Positions 37,451 through 47,098 of a DNA stretch of 60,258 nt are shown here, piece by piece (the first letter of the stretch is position 1; each line of letters begins with the position of its first letter). The stretch comes from a virus (lineage: Duplodnaviria > Caudoviricetes). The translations under genes and the position numbers were made by a program. The notes beneath the pieces were generated by a model. That model made no database searches, was not told the DNA's origin, and was given only the letters and a program-made list of their open reading frames with translations. Location: positions 1 to 60,258 of IMG/VR virus record IMGVR_UViG_3300007514_000008, one strand, 5' to 3'.

Positions 37451-37514
37451 TAAAGTATTATATAATATATATAATATAATATATATATATGTAATAGGCT
37501 GTCGGTAGGTTCTT

Positions 37515-37763
37515 ATGGCAGTTAAAATAGAAGCGTTAAGTGATTTAAGCTTGGAGGAACAATCAGAAGTTCTAGAAAAAATGGCAGAATATTTTTTGGA
37601 TAGTAATAAGTGGAAAACTTTTAATAATGAATCCGAAAGCATGACAGTAGATATAGAAGTTGATGGCACTGTCTATAAAGTCCCTAAACCAGTAAATGAA
37701 CTACTAAATGCTATCTATAGGATGTATGAACGAGAAGTAATGCTTAGGGATAAAAAAGATTAA
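37515..37763 (+). CDS. Hypothetical protein
   Basis: ORF abutting the putative TerS gene. Confidence 0.55.
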   Translation: MAVKIEALSDLSLEEQSEVLEKMAEYFLDSNKWKTFNNESESMTVDIEVDGTVYKVPKPVNELLNAIYRMYEREVMLRDKKD

Positions 37764-38528
37764 ATGGAATACAGGGAGATAAAGAGGGTAAAACATTATG
37801 TATATGATGATATTGAAGAATTCCCACACAAGGATGTTGAACCTGTTAAAAATTGGAGAGAGGGTAAACAAGGTGACTGGGTTTACTCAGACGATAATAG
37901 GATAGTTCAATTACTTAAAGTAAGCGAAAAGCTGAAACATCCTCATGACCGACCAAACTATAGTCATAGTAAAGGTTATGTTAGGACTATCGTTGGCACT
38001 TTCCTACGAAATGATAAGACGCAAATGGATACCAACTTTGAAGAACATCCTAACAGGTATACTTTCTCGAAAAAAATTAAAAACACCAATTCACGAGTTA
38101 GAGAGAGAAAGAACGCAACGAATAAAGAAAAATTATTTGCAACAACTGTGGCGGTTGGAACTGACGCAGTTAAAGCATACATGGAAGCTTTTGAAGAAGA
38201 TAATAGGGATAAAGCTAGGAAAAAAGCCGTAGTCCTGTTAAAACAAAGGAGAGTTATGGAAGAGATACAGAAGAGTGTAAAGGATGTCGCAGAAAATCTA
38301 GGCATCAATCACGAATATGTACTTCGTTCTCTGAAGCACTTAGCTGATTTTAGTGAGGATGAGAATATATCTCTGCAATCACTAAAGGAATTAGGAAAAG
38401 CAGTAGGAACTTTAGGAGGTGGACCAAAAAGAATTGAAACCGGGGTGGTCGGTATGTTTCAAGGTTTTTCTCCTGAGCAGATACAGGGAGCAAGAAGAGA
38501 GCTTAAAGACACAAATGAGGTTGAATAA
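37764..38528 (+). CDS. Putative terminase small subunit
   Basis: HTH-like TNKEKLFA...AVKAYMEAF...AVVLLKQRRVMEEI followed by oligomerisation-type helices; upstream of TerL. Confidence 0.6.
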   Translation: MEYREIKRVKHYVYDDIEEFPHKDVEPVKNWREGKQGDWVYSDDNRIVQLLKVSEKLKHPHDRPNYSHSKGYVRTIVGTFLRNDKTQMDTNFEEHPNRYTFSKKIKNTNSRVRERKNATNKEKLFATTVAVGTDAVKAYMEAFEEDNRDKARKKAVVLLKQRRVMEEIQKSVKDVAENLGINHEYVLRSLKHLADFSEDENISLQSLKELGKAVGTLGGGPKRIETGVVGMFQGFSPEQIQGARRELKDTNEVE

Positions 38529-39596
38529 ATGGGTATCAATGAACATCTCGATAACGAGACTTTCACTACAGACAATGATGATAATATTATCGGTTGTCCT
38601 CACTGTGGGACTCGTCACTTAAGGAGGGATGGATGGAACTATTACAAAGACTCGAAGAAACAAATGTGGCTTTGTTATGGTTGTCATAGAAAAACATTAA
38701 AACCAAAAATACTACAACCAAGTCCCTTCAAAAAGGAAGTCCCCATTACTGAGGATTTACCAGTTGAAGATATTATAAAGCACAGGAGTAAACAATATAC
38801 TCAAAAAGTAAAAGGAAGGGGCAGTAAGAAATTAATTAACGTGGATGTTAATATAGATGGACCAATAGGAATTGCCCATTTTGGCGACCCTCACGTTGAT
38901 GATGATGGAACAAATATTGCACAAATCATTCAATACACAAATATTATCAACAAGACAGAAGGATTGTTTGCTGGGAATCTCGGTGATATTCAGAACAACT
39001 GGGTTGGTCGTCTTTCTCACCTATATGGACAACAATCCACATCAGCCAAAGAGTCTTGGAGGTTATCTGAGTATTTCGTGAATAGTGTAGAATGGCTATA
39101 TCTAATTGCAGGTAATCATGATGTATGGTCAGGAGATGGTGACCCATTGGATTTTCTGATGCGTGACCACAAAGGAGTATATGAAAAATGGGGAGCGAGA
39201 ATGAATATAAGATTCCCTAATGGCAAGGAGGTAAGAATAAATGCTAGGCACACATTCAAGGGGAATTCTATATGGAATACTGCACACGGAGTTTCAAGAG
39301 CTATCCAAACTGGATGGCGTGACCATTTGCTTACTTGTGGTCATACTCATGTATCTGGCTATCAAGTACTCAAAGACCCATCAACAGGGTTAATAAGTCA
39401 CGGACTGCAAGTGGCATCATTTAAGATTATTGATAATTATGCAGATAAATTAGGACTAGATGATAAGAATATTTTCAACTGTCCTATAACTATAATCGAC
39501 CCTCAGTATGAGGATTACGATAATAGACTAATAACAGTCATATTCAATCCAGAAATTGGAGCAGAATATCTAACCTTCTTGAGGAATAGGAAATGA
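38529..39596 (+). CDS. Calcineurin-like metallophosphoesterase with N-terminal Zn ribbon
   Basis: CPHC...CYGC, then GDPH, GD, GNHD, RH and GHTH motifs. Confidence 0.88.
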   Translation: MGINEHLDNETFTTDNDDNIIGCPHCGTRHLRRDGWNYYKDSKKQMWLCYGCHRKTLKPKILQPSPFKKEVPITEDLPVEDIIKHRSKQYTQKVKGRGSKKLINVDVNIDGPIGIAHFGDPHVDDDGTNIAQIIQYTNIINKTEGLFAGNLGDIQNNWVGRLSHLYGQQSTSAKESWRLSEYFVNSVEWLYLIAGNHDVWSGDGDPLDFLMRDHKGVYEKWGARMNIRFPNGKEVRINARHTFKGNSIWNTAHGVSRAIQTGWRDHLLTCGHTHVSGYQVLKDPSTGLISHGLQVASFKIIDNYADKLGLDDKNIFNCPITIIDPQYEDYDNRLITVIFNPEIGAEYLTFLRNRK

Positions 39597-39748
39597 TGAG
39601 ATACTATTGGGAAGCAATATTCAGCACAGAGTATTTCCCCTATTGGGAATTTACAATGTTGATGATGTTAATGATGCTTCTTAGTGTTCTATGGAGATTA
39701 AATCGCATAGAAAAAAAGATAGATGGAAGTTGGTGGGCTAAGTCCTAA
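39593..39748 (+). CDS. Small membrane protein (51 aa), absent from the ORF track
   Basis: MMRYYWEAIFSTEYFPYWEFTMLMMLMMLLSVLWRLNRIEKKIDGSWWAKS; ATGA and TAATG couplings on either side. Confidence 0.6.
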   Translation: MMRYYWEAIFSTEYFPYWEFTMLMMLMMLLSVLWRLNRIEKKIDGSWWAKS

Positions 39749-39987
39749 TGCCGACTCCATTTATGTGTCACGAGTGTGACAAACCAACAATGAATAACAC
39801 AGGAATCTGTGATAGTTGCGTAGAACCAACAACCGCAGACGAATACAATGAGGAGTATTATGAGTATAAAGAGAAAGGGCGTGACAAAAGGCGAGATAGT
39901 CTCAAACTTAAAAGGTCTTATAGAAACGCAGGACAAGATAGTTCAATGGTTAAAAGCTATAAACGAAAAGCTAAGTTTGGTAGATAA
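39748..39987 (+). CDS. Small Zn-finger protein
   Basis: CHEC...CDSC; TAATG coupling; its 3' half overlaps the next ORF. Confidence 0.5.
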   Translation: MPTPFMCHECDKPTMNNTGICDSCVEPTTADEYNEEYYEYKEKGRDKRRDSLKLKRSYRNAGQDSSMVKSYKRKAKFGR

Positions 39988-40132
39988 TGTTCTTGGGGCT
40001 TATGTAGGATTTAAAGGAGATAGTGATGAGTTCACAAAATACATCGAAGAAAAAAATAAGGAAGCCGAAAAAGAAGAACCAAAGCCAAAAAAAGGTAAGG
40101 GTCGTGCTGGGCTATCTAAGTCAAAGAAGTAG
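39860..40132 (+). CDS. Hypothetical coiled-coil protein
   Basis: Start refined to the ATG at 39860 after SD GAGGAG. Confidence 0.65.
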   Translation: MSIKRKGVTKGEIVSNLKGLIETQDKIVQWLKAINEKLSLVDNVLGAYVGFKGDSDEFTKYIEEKNKEAEKEEPKPKKGKGRAGLSKSKK

Positions 40133-40159
40133 TATTACTACGACTCCATATCCCGGTCC

Positions 40160-41719
40160 GTGGCAAATATAAATACACAGAATGTAAGTGAAGCTGAAGA
40201 GATACTTGAGTTAGCTAGTAAAGACCTTATTGCTTTCGGAAAGTTATTTCTGCCAGATGACTTCATGAGAAGTGAAACACCTGCCTTCCATTTTGAGATG
40301 GCAGATGCGATTGACGATGCTCAATGTAAGCAACTGGCGATTATACTCCCCAGAGGTCATGGTAAAACGGTGCTTACAAAGGCTAGTATCATTAAAGACT
40401 TTTGTTTTTTAGATACTGATATGCATTTCTATGCTTGGGTATCTGCTACACAAAGACTATCCGTAGGGAATATGGATTACATTAAACACCATTTCGAGTA
40501 CAATGAAAAACTCATTTATTATTTTGGGAGACTCAAAGGGAAGAAATGGACAGAGGAAGATATAGAGTTAACAAATGGATGTAAACTTATTAGTAAGAGC
40601 AATGTCGCAGGAATCAGAGGTGGAGCGAAACTTCATAAACGATACGACCTCATCATCCTTGACGACTTTGAACACGAACAAAACACAATCACGCCAGAAG
40701 CAAGGGCAAAAAATGCGAATCTTGTTACTGCCGTTGTCTATCCTGCTCTTGAGCCTCACACTGGTCGCCTTCGTGTCAATGGTACTCCTGTACATTATGA
40801 TTCTTTCATCAATAATCTTCTTACTAGTAATGCAAAGGCTCTTAAAGGGGATAAAGAATTTGCTTGGAGGGTGATTACTTATAGAGCTATTCGAGATGAT
40901 GGAACTGCATTATGGGATAGTTGGTTTCCATTAAGCAAATTAGAAGAAAAGAAGAAGTTTTATAGAGATTCTGGAACTCCTTCTAAATTTTACCAAGAAT
41001 ATATGATGGAGGTACAGAGTGAAGAAGATGCAGTCTGGACTTATAAACATATTAAATACTATGAAGGATTTTATACCCACGAGGATGGAGTCAACTACAT
41101 TAGTATTGATGGCGAAAGGATTCCTGTTAATACCTTTATTGGCTGTGACCCTGCTACTGACATTGACACTAAGGAGTCTGACTTTTCTGTTATCATGGTT
41201 GTTGCGGTGGATGTCAATAATAATTTATACGTCTTAGAATATGAAAGGCATAGGAGTATACCTACTCTAGGTGCAAAGGATAAGGATAACAAGATAATCG
41301 ATAAGAAGGGAGTTTGTGATTATATTATGGAACTTCATGAGAAGTATCATTGTACAAGCTCTTGTGTTGAAGACGTTGCTATGAATAGGTCTATTTTCCA
41401 AGCATTAAATGACGAGAGAAGAAGGCTTAATAAGTATAATATTGCAGTAATCCCAGAGAAGCCCGGAGGTACACAGAAGAGAAATCGTATTTATAGTGGA
41501 CTTTCTGGTAGATTTTCACTAGGCGCAATATTTGTTAGAGAAAACCAGTTTGATTTAATTAACGAAATAGTTACATTTGGACCTAGAATGGCTCATGATG
41601 ATACCATTGAGGCACTTTATTATGCTAATTTATACGCATTTCCTGCTAATTTGACGCAAAATAAGGAAAAAAAGTGGTATAAAAAGAAAAAAAGAGCAAA
41701 AAGTTGGATAATAGCTTAA
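40160..41719 (+). CDS. terL: Terminase large subunit
   Basis: Walker A PRGHGKT, Walker B IILDDFE, GTP coupling motif, FYQEYM, nuclease GCDPA and HDDTIEAL. Confidence 0.95.
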   Translation: MANINTQNVSEAEEILELASKDLIAFGKLFLPDDFMRSETPAFHFEMADAIDDAQCKQLAIILPRGHGKTVLTKASIIKDFCFLDTDMHFYAWVSATQRLSVGNMDYIKHHFEYNEKLIYYFGRLKGKKWTEEDIELTNGCKLISKSNVAGIRGGAKLHKRYDLIILDDFEHEQNTITPEARAKNANLVTAVVYPALEPHTGRLRVNGTPVHYDSFINNLLTSNAKALKGDKEFAWRVITYRAIRDDGTALWDSWFPLSKLEEKKKFYRDSGTPSKFYQEYMMEVQSEEDAVWTYKHIKYYEGFYTHEDGVNYISIDGERIPVNTFIGCDPATDIDTKESDFSVIMVVAVDVNNNLYVLEYERHRSIPTLGAKDKDNKIIDKKGVCDYIMELHEKYHCTSSCVEDVAMNRSIFQALNDERRRLNKYNIAVIPEKPGGTQKRNRIYSGLSGRFSLGAIFVRENQFDLINEIVTFGPRMAHDDTIEALYYANLYAFPANLTQNKEKKWYKKKKRAKSWIIA

Positions 41720-41734
41720 AAAAGAGGAGGAAAA

Positions 41735-42127
41735 ATGTATAAATACGGAAAACGGTCTAAAAGTAGGATGAAGGGGATTGACCCTAGATTAAAAGAAGTC
41801 CTTGACCATTTGATTGAAATAATGGATGTCACAATTATCGAGGGAGTTAGAAGTGCTAAGAAACAAGCAGAGTACTTTAAAAATGGTAAAAGTAAAATTG
41901 ATGGAAAGTCTAAGAAGTCTCAACATCAAAAAGGTAAAGCCGTTGACCTTGCTCCATATCCTATTGACTGGGATGACCGTGATAGGATGCATTATATGGG
42001 AGGTATGCTCAGAGGTATAGGGCATATGTTAGGCTATAAACTCCGTTACGGAGGAGACTGGGATGGTGATGGTGTGACAAAAGACAATAAATTTGATGAT
42101 TTAGTTCATATTGAGATAAGAGATTGA
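41735..42127 (+). CDS. Endolysin, M15 (L-Ala-D-Glu-type) peptidase
   Basis: EGVRS, SQHQKGKAVDLAP, GGDW, DLVHIE. Confidence 0.9.
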   Translation: MYKYGKRSKSRMKGIDPRLKEVLDHLIEIMDVTIIEGVRSAKKQAEYFKNGKSKIDGKSKKSQHQKGKAVDLAPYPIDWDDRDRMHYMGGMLRGIGHMLGYKLRYGGDWDGDGVTKDNKFDDLVHIEIRD

Positions 42128-42303
42128 AGTCTCTTAACATACAAAAGCCGTGGAGGGTTACAAAAAATTGGAAATATCCGTATTCTGGTTTAAATGACCC
42201 AAACTATATAAAAGATAGGAACGAGCTTTTTAGAGAAAATGGTAACGGATGGTGGTGGGGAATGGACTCAGACTTAAAACCTATAATAAAAAAGAGGTCT
42301 TAA
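42124..42303 (+). CDS. Possible small protein (59 aa, TTG start)
   Basis: Open frame exactly filling the gap between endolysin and portal: MKSLNIQKPWRVTKNWKYPYSGLNDPNYIKDRNELFRENGNGWWWG... Confidence 0.4.
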   Translation: MKSLNIQKPWRVTKNWKYPYSGLNDPNYIKDRNELFRENGNGWWWGMDSDLKPIIKKRS

Positions 42304-44535
42304 ATGCCAAGAGGTAGAAACAAGAAAGCTGATGTAGTGAGGGACTTATGGAAAAAGACTAATACATTTCATAGAAGGAAATGGTATAATGATAGTCAAC
42401 AGGGAGTAGACTTCTATTTAAATGACCAATTATCACAGGCTGAAAAAGACTCTTTAACAGAATCCGGGATGCCAGATTTTGTTATTAATAGAATTACACC
42501 AGCTATTGATATTATGAAGTACTTTGTAACAGCCAATAACCCAAGATGGCAGGCTGTAGGGGCAGAGGGTAGTGATTCAGATATTGCTCATATTCATGGT
42601 GCTATTTCTGAGTATTGTTGGCATAGGTCAGGTGGTAAGAGCCTTTTTGGTCAAGTAATTCATGATTCATTATCAAAGGGTATTGGTTTTTTTGCAGTTA
42701 CAGTTGATACTAATGCGGACCAAGGGCAGGGTGAAGTTGTATTTTCATCTGTTGACCCTTATGATGTTTATGTAGACCCTACATCTAGAGATATTCAGTT
42801 TAGGGATGCTAATTATATTATTATTCAGAAGAATATGTCTAAAGAAGCATTAAAGAAATTAATGCCTCAGTATAAAAATAAGATTTCTAGGGCAACTGGA
42901 AGCCCTGAGGCGAAACAAACTTCCAATAGGGATAAAGACGCAAGTTATTCTATACAACATTCTGATATAGATTTTGCTGATACATTCAAGCCAGATGATG
43001 GAGAAAGAGATGACACTCTTGATTTTTATGAGTGTTACCAAAGAGTATCTGTCCCATTTATTTCTGCTTTAGTGAAAATACCTCCCTCTCCTGCTGAGAT
43101 GGAAATTATTCAACAACAAGTCCAACAAGAAATGGAAATGGCTAAGGCTGAGTTACAAGTTTCTATGCAAGAAAGGCAGTTAGAGTTAGAAACCGCTGTT
43201 CAGCAAGGAGATATGATTCAAGAAAGGGCAGAACTTGAGATGACTAAAGCCCAACAGGAGATGCAGTCTCAACTTGAACAACTTCAAAAAAGTATGGAAG
43301 CTAAACTTGTTGAAGCAAAAACTGCCACAGATACTCAGATTCATGAGAAATCAGTATTTGATAATTTTATGGAAGAAAAGGGTTACGCAGAAAATGTCAT
43401 AAGTTATAATGAATTTTACGAACAACGAATAAAGCTTACTTGTGTTGCAGGGGATATGTTCTTATACGAACAAAGACTTGCTGTTGATAACTATCCTCTT
43501 GTCCCTATTTGTTATACACATACTGGGACTCCATATCCGATGAGCGCAGTGACTCCTATGATAGGTAAACAACAAGAATTAAATAAATCCCATCAAGTTA
43601 TGTTACATAATGCTAACCTCGCTTCTAATCTAAGGTTTGTTTACCAAGAAGGTTCTATTGACGAGGATGAATGGGAGCAGTATTCATCTGCCCCCGGTGC
43701 ATTGTTGAAGACTAGACAAGGATTTGAAGTTCCAACAGTAATAAATCCTCAGCCAATTAATAATGCATTTTTTACTATAACACAACAAGGTAAAGAGGAC
43801 TTAGAACATATTTCTGGTGTTACAGGTCAGATGCAGGGAGTTGGGCAACCCCAACATGAAACTTATAGAGGTATGTTAGCATTAGATGAATACGGAACTA
43901 GAAGAATTAGACAGTGGACAAATAATGTTGTAGAACCAGCTCTTGAGAGCTTAGGTAAGGTTTTTATGCAGGTTGCTCAAATTGTATACAGTTCTAATAG
44001 GGTGTTTAGAATTGTTCAACCAGAAGAAGGAATGTCTGAGCCTGAGGTTAGTCAAGTAGAGATAAATATCCCAGTTTATAATGATTATGGTCAAGTAATA
44101 AAAAGATGGAATGACTATGCTAGTTCAAAATTTGACGTAAGGATTATTGCAGGTTCTACACAACCAGTCAATAGATGGGCTTTACAAGACGAATATTTTA
44201 AGTTTTTTGAAGCAGGTCTTATTGATGATATTGCCATGATTCAACAAACTGATATAAGAAATAAAAAACAAATACTTCAAAGAAAGTCTTTATATTCTCA
44301 ACTACAAAATACTATACAACAACTTGAAGGAACAGTTAAAGACCAACAGGGAACTATACAGACCCTTGAACGTCAAGTAGTTCAGGCAGGGATAAAAGAT
44401 AAAGTTAGAACTGCTGATGTTGAGATTAATAAAGCGGTTAATGAGACAACTGCTCAGCAAAAACTGGTGCAGAATATCATGAAGACGGAACTTAGTTCTG
44501 CTAAGAAAGAACAAGTTGCAAAAGAAAAAGGGTAA
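42304..44535 (+). CDS. Portal protein (P22-like)
   Basis: FYLNDQ, INRITPAI, DPYDVYVDP, YPLVP, QQELNK, FDVRIIAGS; Gln-rich C-terminal barrel; follows TerL. Confidence 0.9.
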   Translation: MPRGRNKKADVVRDLWKKTNTFHRRKWYNDSQQGVDFYLNDQLSQAEKDSLTESGMPDFVINRITPAIDIMKYFVTANNPRWQAVGAEGSDSDIAHIHGAISEYCWHRSGGKSLFGQVIHDSLSKGIGFFAVTVDTNADQGQGEVVFSSVDPYDVYVDPTSRDIQFRDANYIIIQKNMSKEALKKLMPQYKNKISRATGSPEAKQTSNRDKDASYSIQHSDIDFADTFKPDDGERDDTLDFYECYQRVSVPFISALVKIPPSPAEMEIIQQQVQQEMEMAKAELQVSMQERQLELETAVQQGDMIQERAELEMTKAQQEMQSQLEQLQKSMEAKLVEAKTATDTQIHEKSVFDNFMEEKGYAENVISYNEFYEQRIKLTCVAGDMFLYEQRLAVDNYPLVPICYTHTGTPYPMSAVTPMIGKQQELNKSHQVMLHNANLASNLRFVYQEGSIDEDEWEQYSSAPGALLKTRQGFEVPTVINPQPINNAFFTITQQGKEDLEHISGVTGQMQGVGQPQHETYRGMLALDEYGTRRIRQWTNNVVEPALESLGKVFMQVAQIVYSSNRVFRIVQPEEGMSEPEVSQVEINIPVYNDYGQVIKRWNDYASSKFDVRIIAGSTQPVNRWALQDEYFKFFEAGLIDDIAMIQQTDIRNKKQILQRKSLYSQLQNTIQQLEGTVKDQQGTIQTLERQVVQAGIKDKVRTADVEINKAVNETTAQQKLVQNIMKTELSSAKKEQVAKEKG

Positions 44536-44558
44536 TCGTAGATTAAAAGGAGTAAATA

Positions 44559-45428
44559 ATGAGTGAAGCAATAAAAAAGGACAACGCAGAGGTTGATTTA
44601 GAGAATCTGCCCCCTGAGACTGATACTCAGAAAATAACAAAACAGGACGATTTTTTCGACCAGCTTGATAGACAGGTCATGGGTTCGGCTCTTAGTGAGC
44701 CTTCGGAATCTCATCCAAAACAGCAAGTTGAGACAACTTCTCCTCAGGAGAACCCTCAAAACGCTGAGGTCGATTACGACCAACTTGAGAAAAGGTATAG
44801 TGATTCTTCTCGTGAAGCAAAACGACTTAACACTCGTTTAAAAGAGTTAGAACCATATTTACCAGTTCTTGAAGCGATGAAAGAAGACCCCAATCTAGTT
44901 TCTCATGTGAGAGGCTACTTTGAGGGTGGTGGTTCAGCCCCTAAAAGCCTTAAGGAAGAACTTAATTTAGGAGAAGACTTTATGTTTGATTATGATGACG
45001 CAGTTTCAGACCCAAATTCTGATAGTGCTAAATTATTTCAAGCAACTGTTGATGGTGTAGTTCAGAAAAGAATCAGGCAGTTTTCAGATGAGCAATCTCG
45101 TCAAAACCAGAAATTAGCTGATGAGCAGGATTTTCGTGCTAAGTATCAGTTGACAGATGGCGACTATGATGACCTTGTAGAATTTGCAAAGCAGAAGAAA
45201 TTGACTCTTGAAGATGTATACTATCTAAAGAACCGTGAAAGCCGGGACAAAAGTATTGCCGATAATGTTAGGCAAGAACAAGTCCAGCAATATGATAGGG
45301 TCCGACAAGGAACTCCTCAGAGTATTGCTAGTGTAGGTAACGAGGTTCGAGAAGAGACTTCTCTTGATGACCAAGTATTCGACCAATTATTAGGCGTAGG
45401 GGAGCGAATCAACGACATCGGATTATAG
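44559..45428 (+). CDS. Capsid scaffolding protein
   Basis: Acidic N-terminus, EKRYSDSSREAKRL coiled coil; lies between portal and capsid genes. Confidence 0.75.
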   Translation: MSEAIKKDNAEVDLENLPPETDTQKITKQDDFFDQLDRQVMGSALSEPSESHPKQQVETTSPQENPQNAEVDYDQLEKRYSDSSREAKRLNTRLKELEPYLPVLEAMKEDPNLVSHVRGYFEGGGSAPKSLKEELNLGEDFMFDYDDAVSDPNSDSAKLFQATVDGVVQKRIRQFSDEQSRQNQKLADEQDFRAKYQLTDGDYDDLVEFAKQKKLTLEDVYYLKNRESRDKSIADNVRQEQVQQYDRVRQGTPQSIASVGNEVREETSLDDQVFDQLLGVGERINDIGL

Positions 45429-45439
45429 CTAATAAAACC

Positions 45440-45454
45440 GTGGGTTTATCCCAC
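45440..45454 (+). promoter_or_regulatory. Small hairpin just upstream of the capsid RBS
   Basis: GTGGG-TTTAT-CCCAC, then AAGGA. Confidence 0.35.
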
Positions 45455-45471
45455 ACATAAAGGAAAATAAC

Positions 45472-47010
45472 ATGGCTGACACAAGTTATCCTCAGAATAC
45501 CCCTCTGAAACTAGCTACCAGCTCAGGACTTTCCGAAAACAGTAAAGCTATTGCCGCGTCTGGTCTATCAACTGGTGACCTCAGGAGACGATATGACTTC
45601 TCCGAAAGGTTTGCAGAATTAGCAATCGACCAAACACCATTCTTCCGTTTGGTGTCAGGTCTTGCAAAATCCCCAGTAGACGACCCGCAGTTTAAGTTCA
45701 CAGAAAAAAGACAATCATGGATGAAGCGTTATGCTTACGTGGTTGGTCATGTAATTACAGGTAGTGTTGATAAATTTGACAATGCTGGTTTCTGTAATTT
45801 CAATGATTCAGAATCAAGCGCAGCGAATGAAGCGATTGCTCTCCAAGATACTGTGAAATTATACATGGCTACTGATTATAAGTCCGCTGGTAATTTACAA
45901 AACATCTCCGGTCAAGCGAACGGAGCTATTGCGATAGGTGCGGCAGGAACAGCACCTGAATTCCTAATGCCTAACCAAATTCTTAGAATTAATCTCTCTG
46001 CAACTGCTGGTGGTGGAACTGCGATTAGTGATTATGCACTAGTTAAAGTTTCCTCTGTTGGCGCAGAAGTAACTAAGAATAGTATGCAAGTTAAACTTGT
46101 TACTGGTGAGGTTGTAAGAGCTGCAAGTGGAGAGTATTGCTCATATGCGAGTAACGCACCTCTAACTGATGCTTACGACAAAGACATCGCTACTCAATTA
46201 GAGGCTATGCGTTCTTATGTCGCTGGTACTTCTTACGAAGAAGGTAGTAGCTTACTTGGAAAATCATGGAAAGATAATCCATATAGTACAGGTTATGGAC
46301 AAACTCAGATTTTTAGGTCTGAATTTGGTATGACCAATACTGCAAGAGCAACAGCACTCAAATACGAGCCTAACGAATGGGCGCGTGTATGGCGTGATAA
46401 GTTGATTGAACACAAGTGGGAAATTGAATATGCTGGACTTTTTGGTTCGCAGGTTGAAGATGCCGCAGGTGTAGGTCACACACAAGGTGCAGTTGATTAT
46501 ATCTTGAAGTATGGAAACATCTTCTCTTGGAATACATCAAAAACTGTTGATAGTTTCCTTGATGATATGTCTAAGTATGTTGACCCTCGTTACAACCAAT
46601 CAAAAGCAACTGTCTACTTCTGTAGCACGGATGTGTATAACTGGATTCATAAACTAGGTGGATATTTTAAACAGAATATCGGCATTGATGACCAGTTTCG
46701 TGCAGACCTTGCAGTTACAGGAAGAAAGAAAGTTATGGGCTTAGATGTTAGTACTGTTAGTACTGTCTATGGCGACATGAATCTTTCTAGATGTATTGCT
46801 CTTGATGGCTCAGCAGTTAAGATTCTTGGTATTAACATGAATCATGTCAAATATCGTCCATTGGTCGGTAATGGTGTGAATCGTGATACCGCTATCTACG
46901 CAGGAGTTCAATCACTAGAGAATTCTGGTATTGATAAAAGAGTAGATATGATTCTAACTGAAGCTGGTTTCGAGTGGCAAATGCCTGAAGCACACGCAGT
47001 TTGGAAATAA
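45472..47010 (+). CDS. Major capsid protein (HK97 fold, inferred)
   Basis: TPFFRL, GQTQIFR, HKWEIEYAGLFG, TVYGDM, TEAGFEW...PEAHA; follows the scaffold gene. Confidence 0.88.
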   Translation: MADTSYPQNTPLKLATSSGLSENSKAIAASGLSTGDLRRRYDFSERFAELAIDQTPFFRLVSGLAKSPVDDPQFKFTEKRQSWMKRYAYVVGHVITGSVDKFDNAGFCNFNDSESSAANEAIALQDTVKLYMATDYKSAGNLQNISGQANGAIAIGAAGTAPEFLMPNQILRINLSATAGGGTAISDYALVKVSSVGAEVTKNSMQVKLVTGEVVRAASGEYCSYASNAPLTDAYDKDIATQLEAMRSYVAGTSYEEGSSLLGKSWKDNPYSTGYGQTQIFRSEFGMTNTARATALKYEPNEWARVWRDKLIEHKWEIEYAGLFGSQVEDAAGVGHTQGAVDYILKYGNIFSWNTSKTVDSFLDDMSKYVDPRYNQSKATVYFCSTDVYNWIHKLGGYFKQNIGIDDQFRADLAVTGRKKVMGLDVSTVSTVYGDMNLSRCIALDGSAVKILGINMNHVKYRPLVGNGVNRDTAIYAGVQSLENSGIDKRVDMILTEAGFEWQMPEAHAVWK

Positions 47011-47024
47011 TCTAAACTAATAAT

Positions 47025-47085
47025 AGATGGCAAGGCTTCCTTCCGCTTTTAACCCTCCTTTCTCCGGTTGGAAGCTGCGCCGTCT
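47025..47085 (+). other. Long hairpin after the capsid gene with an anti-SD loop
   Basis: AGATGGC/GCCGTCT, GGCTTCC/GGAAGCT and CCG/CGG stems (G-U on the + strand); loop contains CCCTCCTTT (47053-61). Confidence 0.65.
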
Positions 47086-47098
47086 TGTGAGGACTTAA

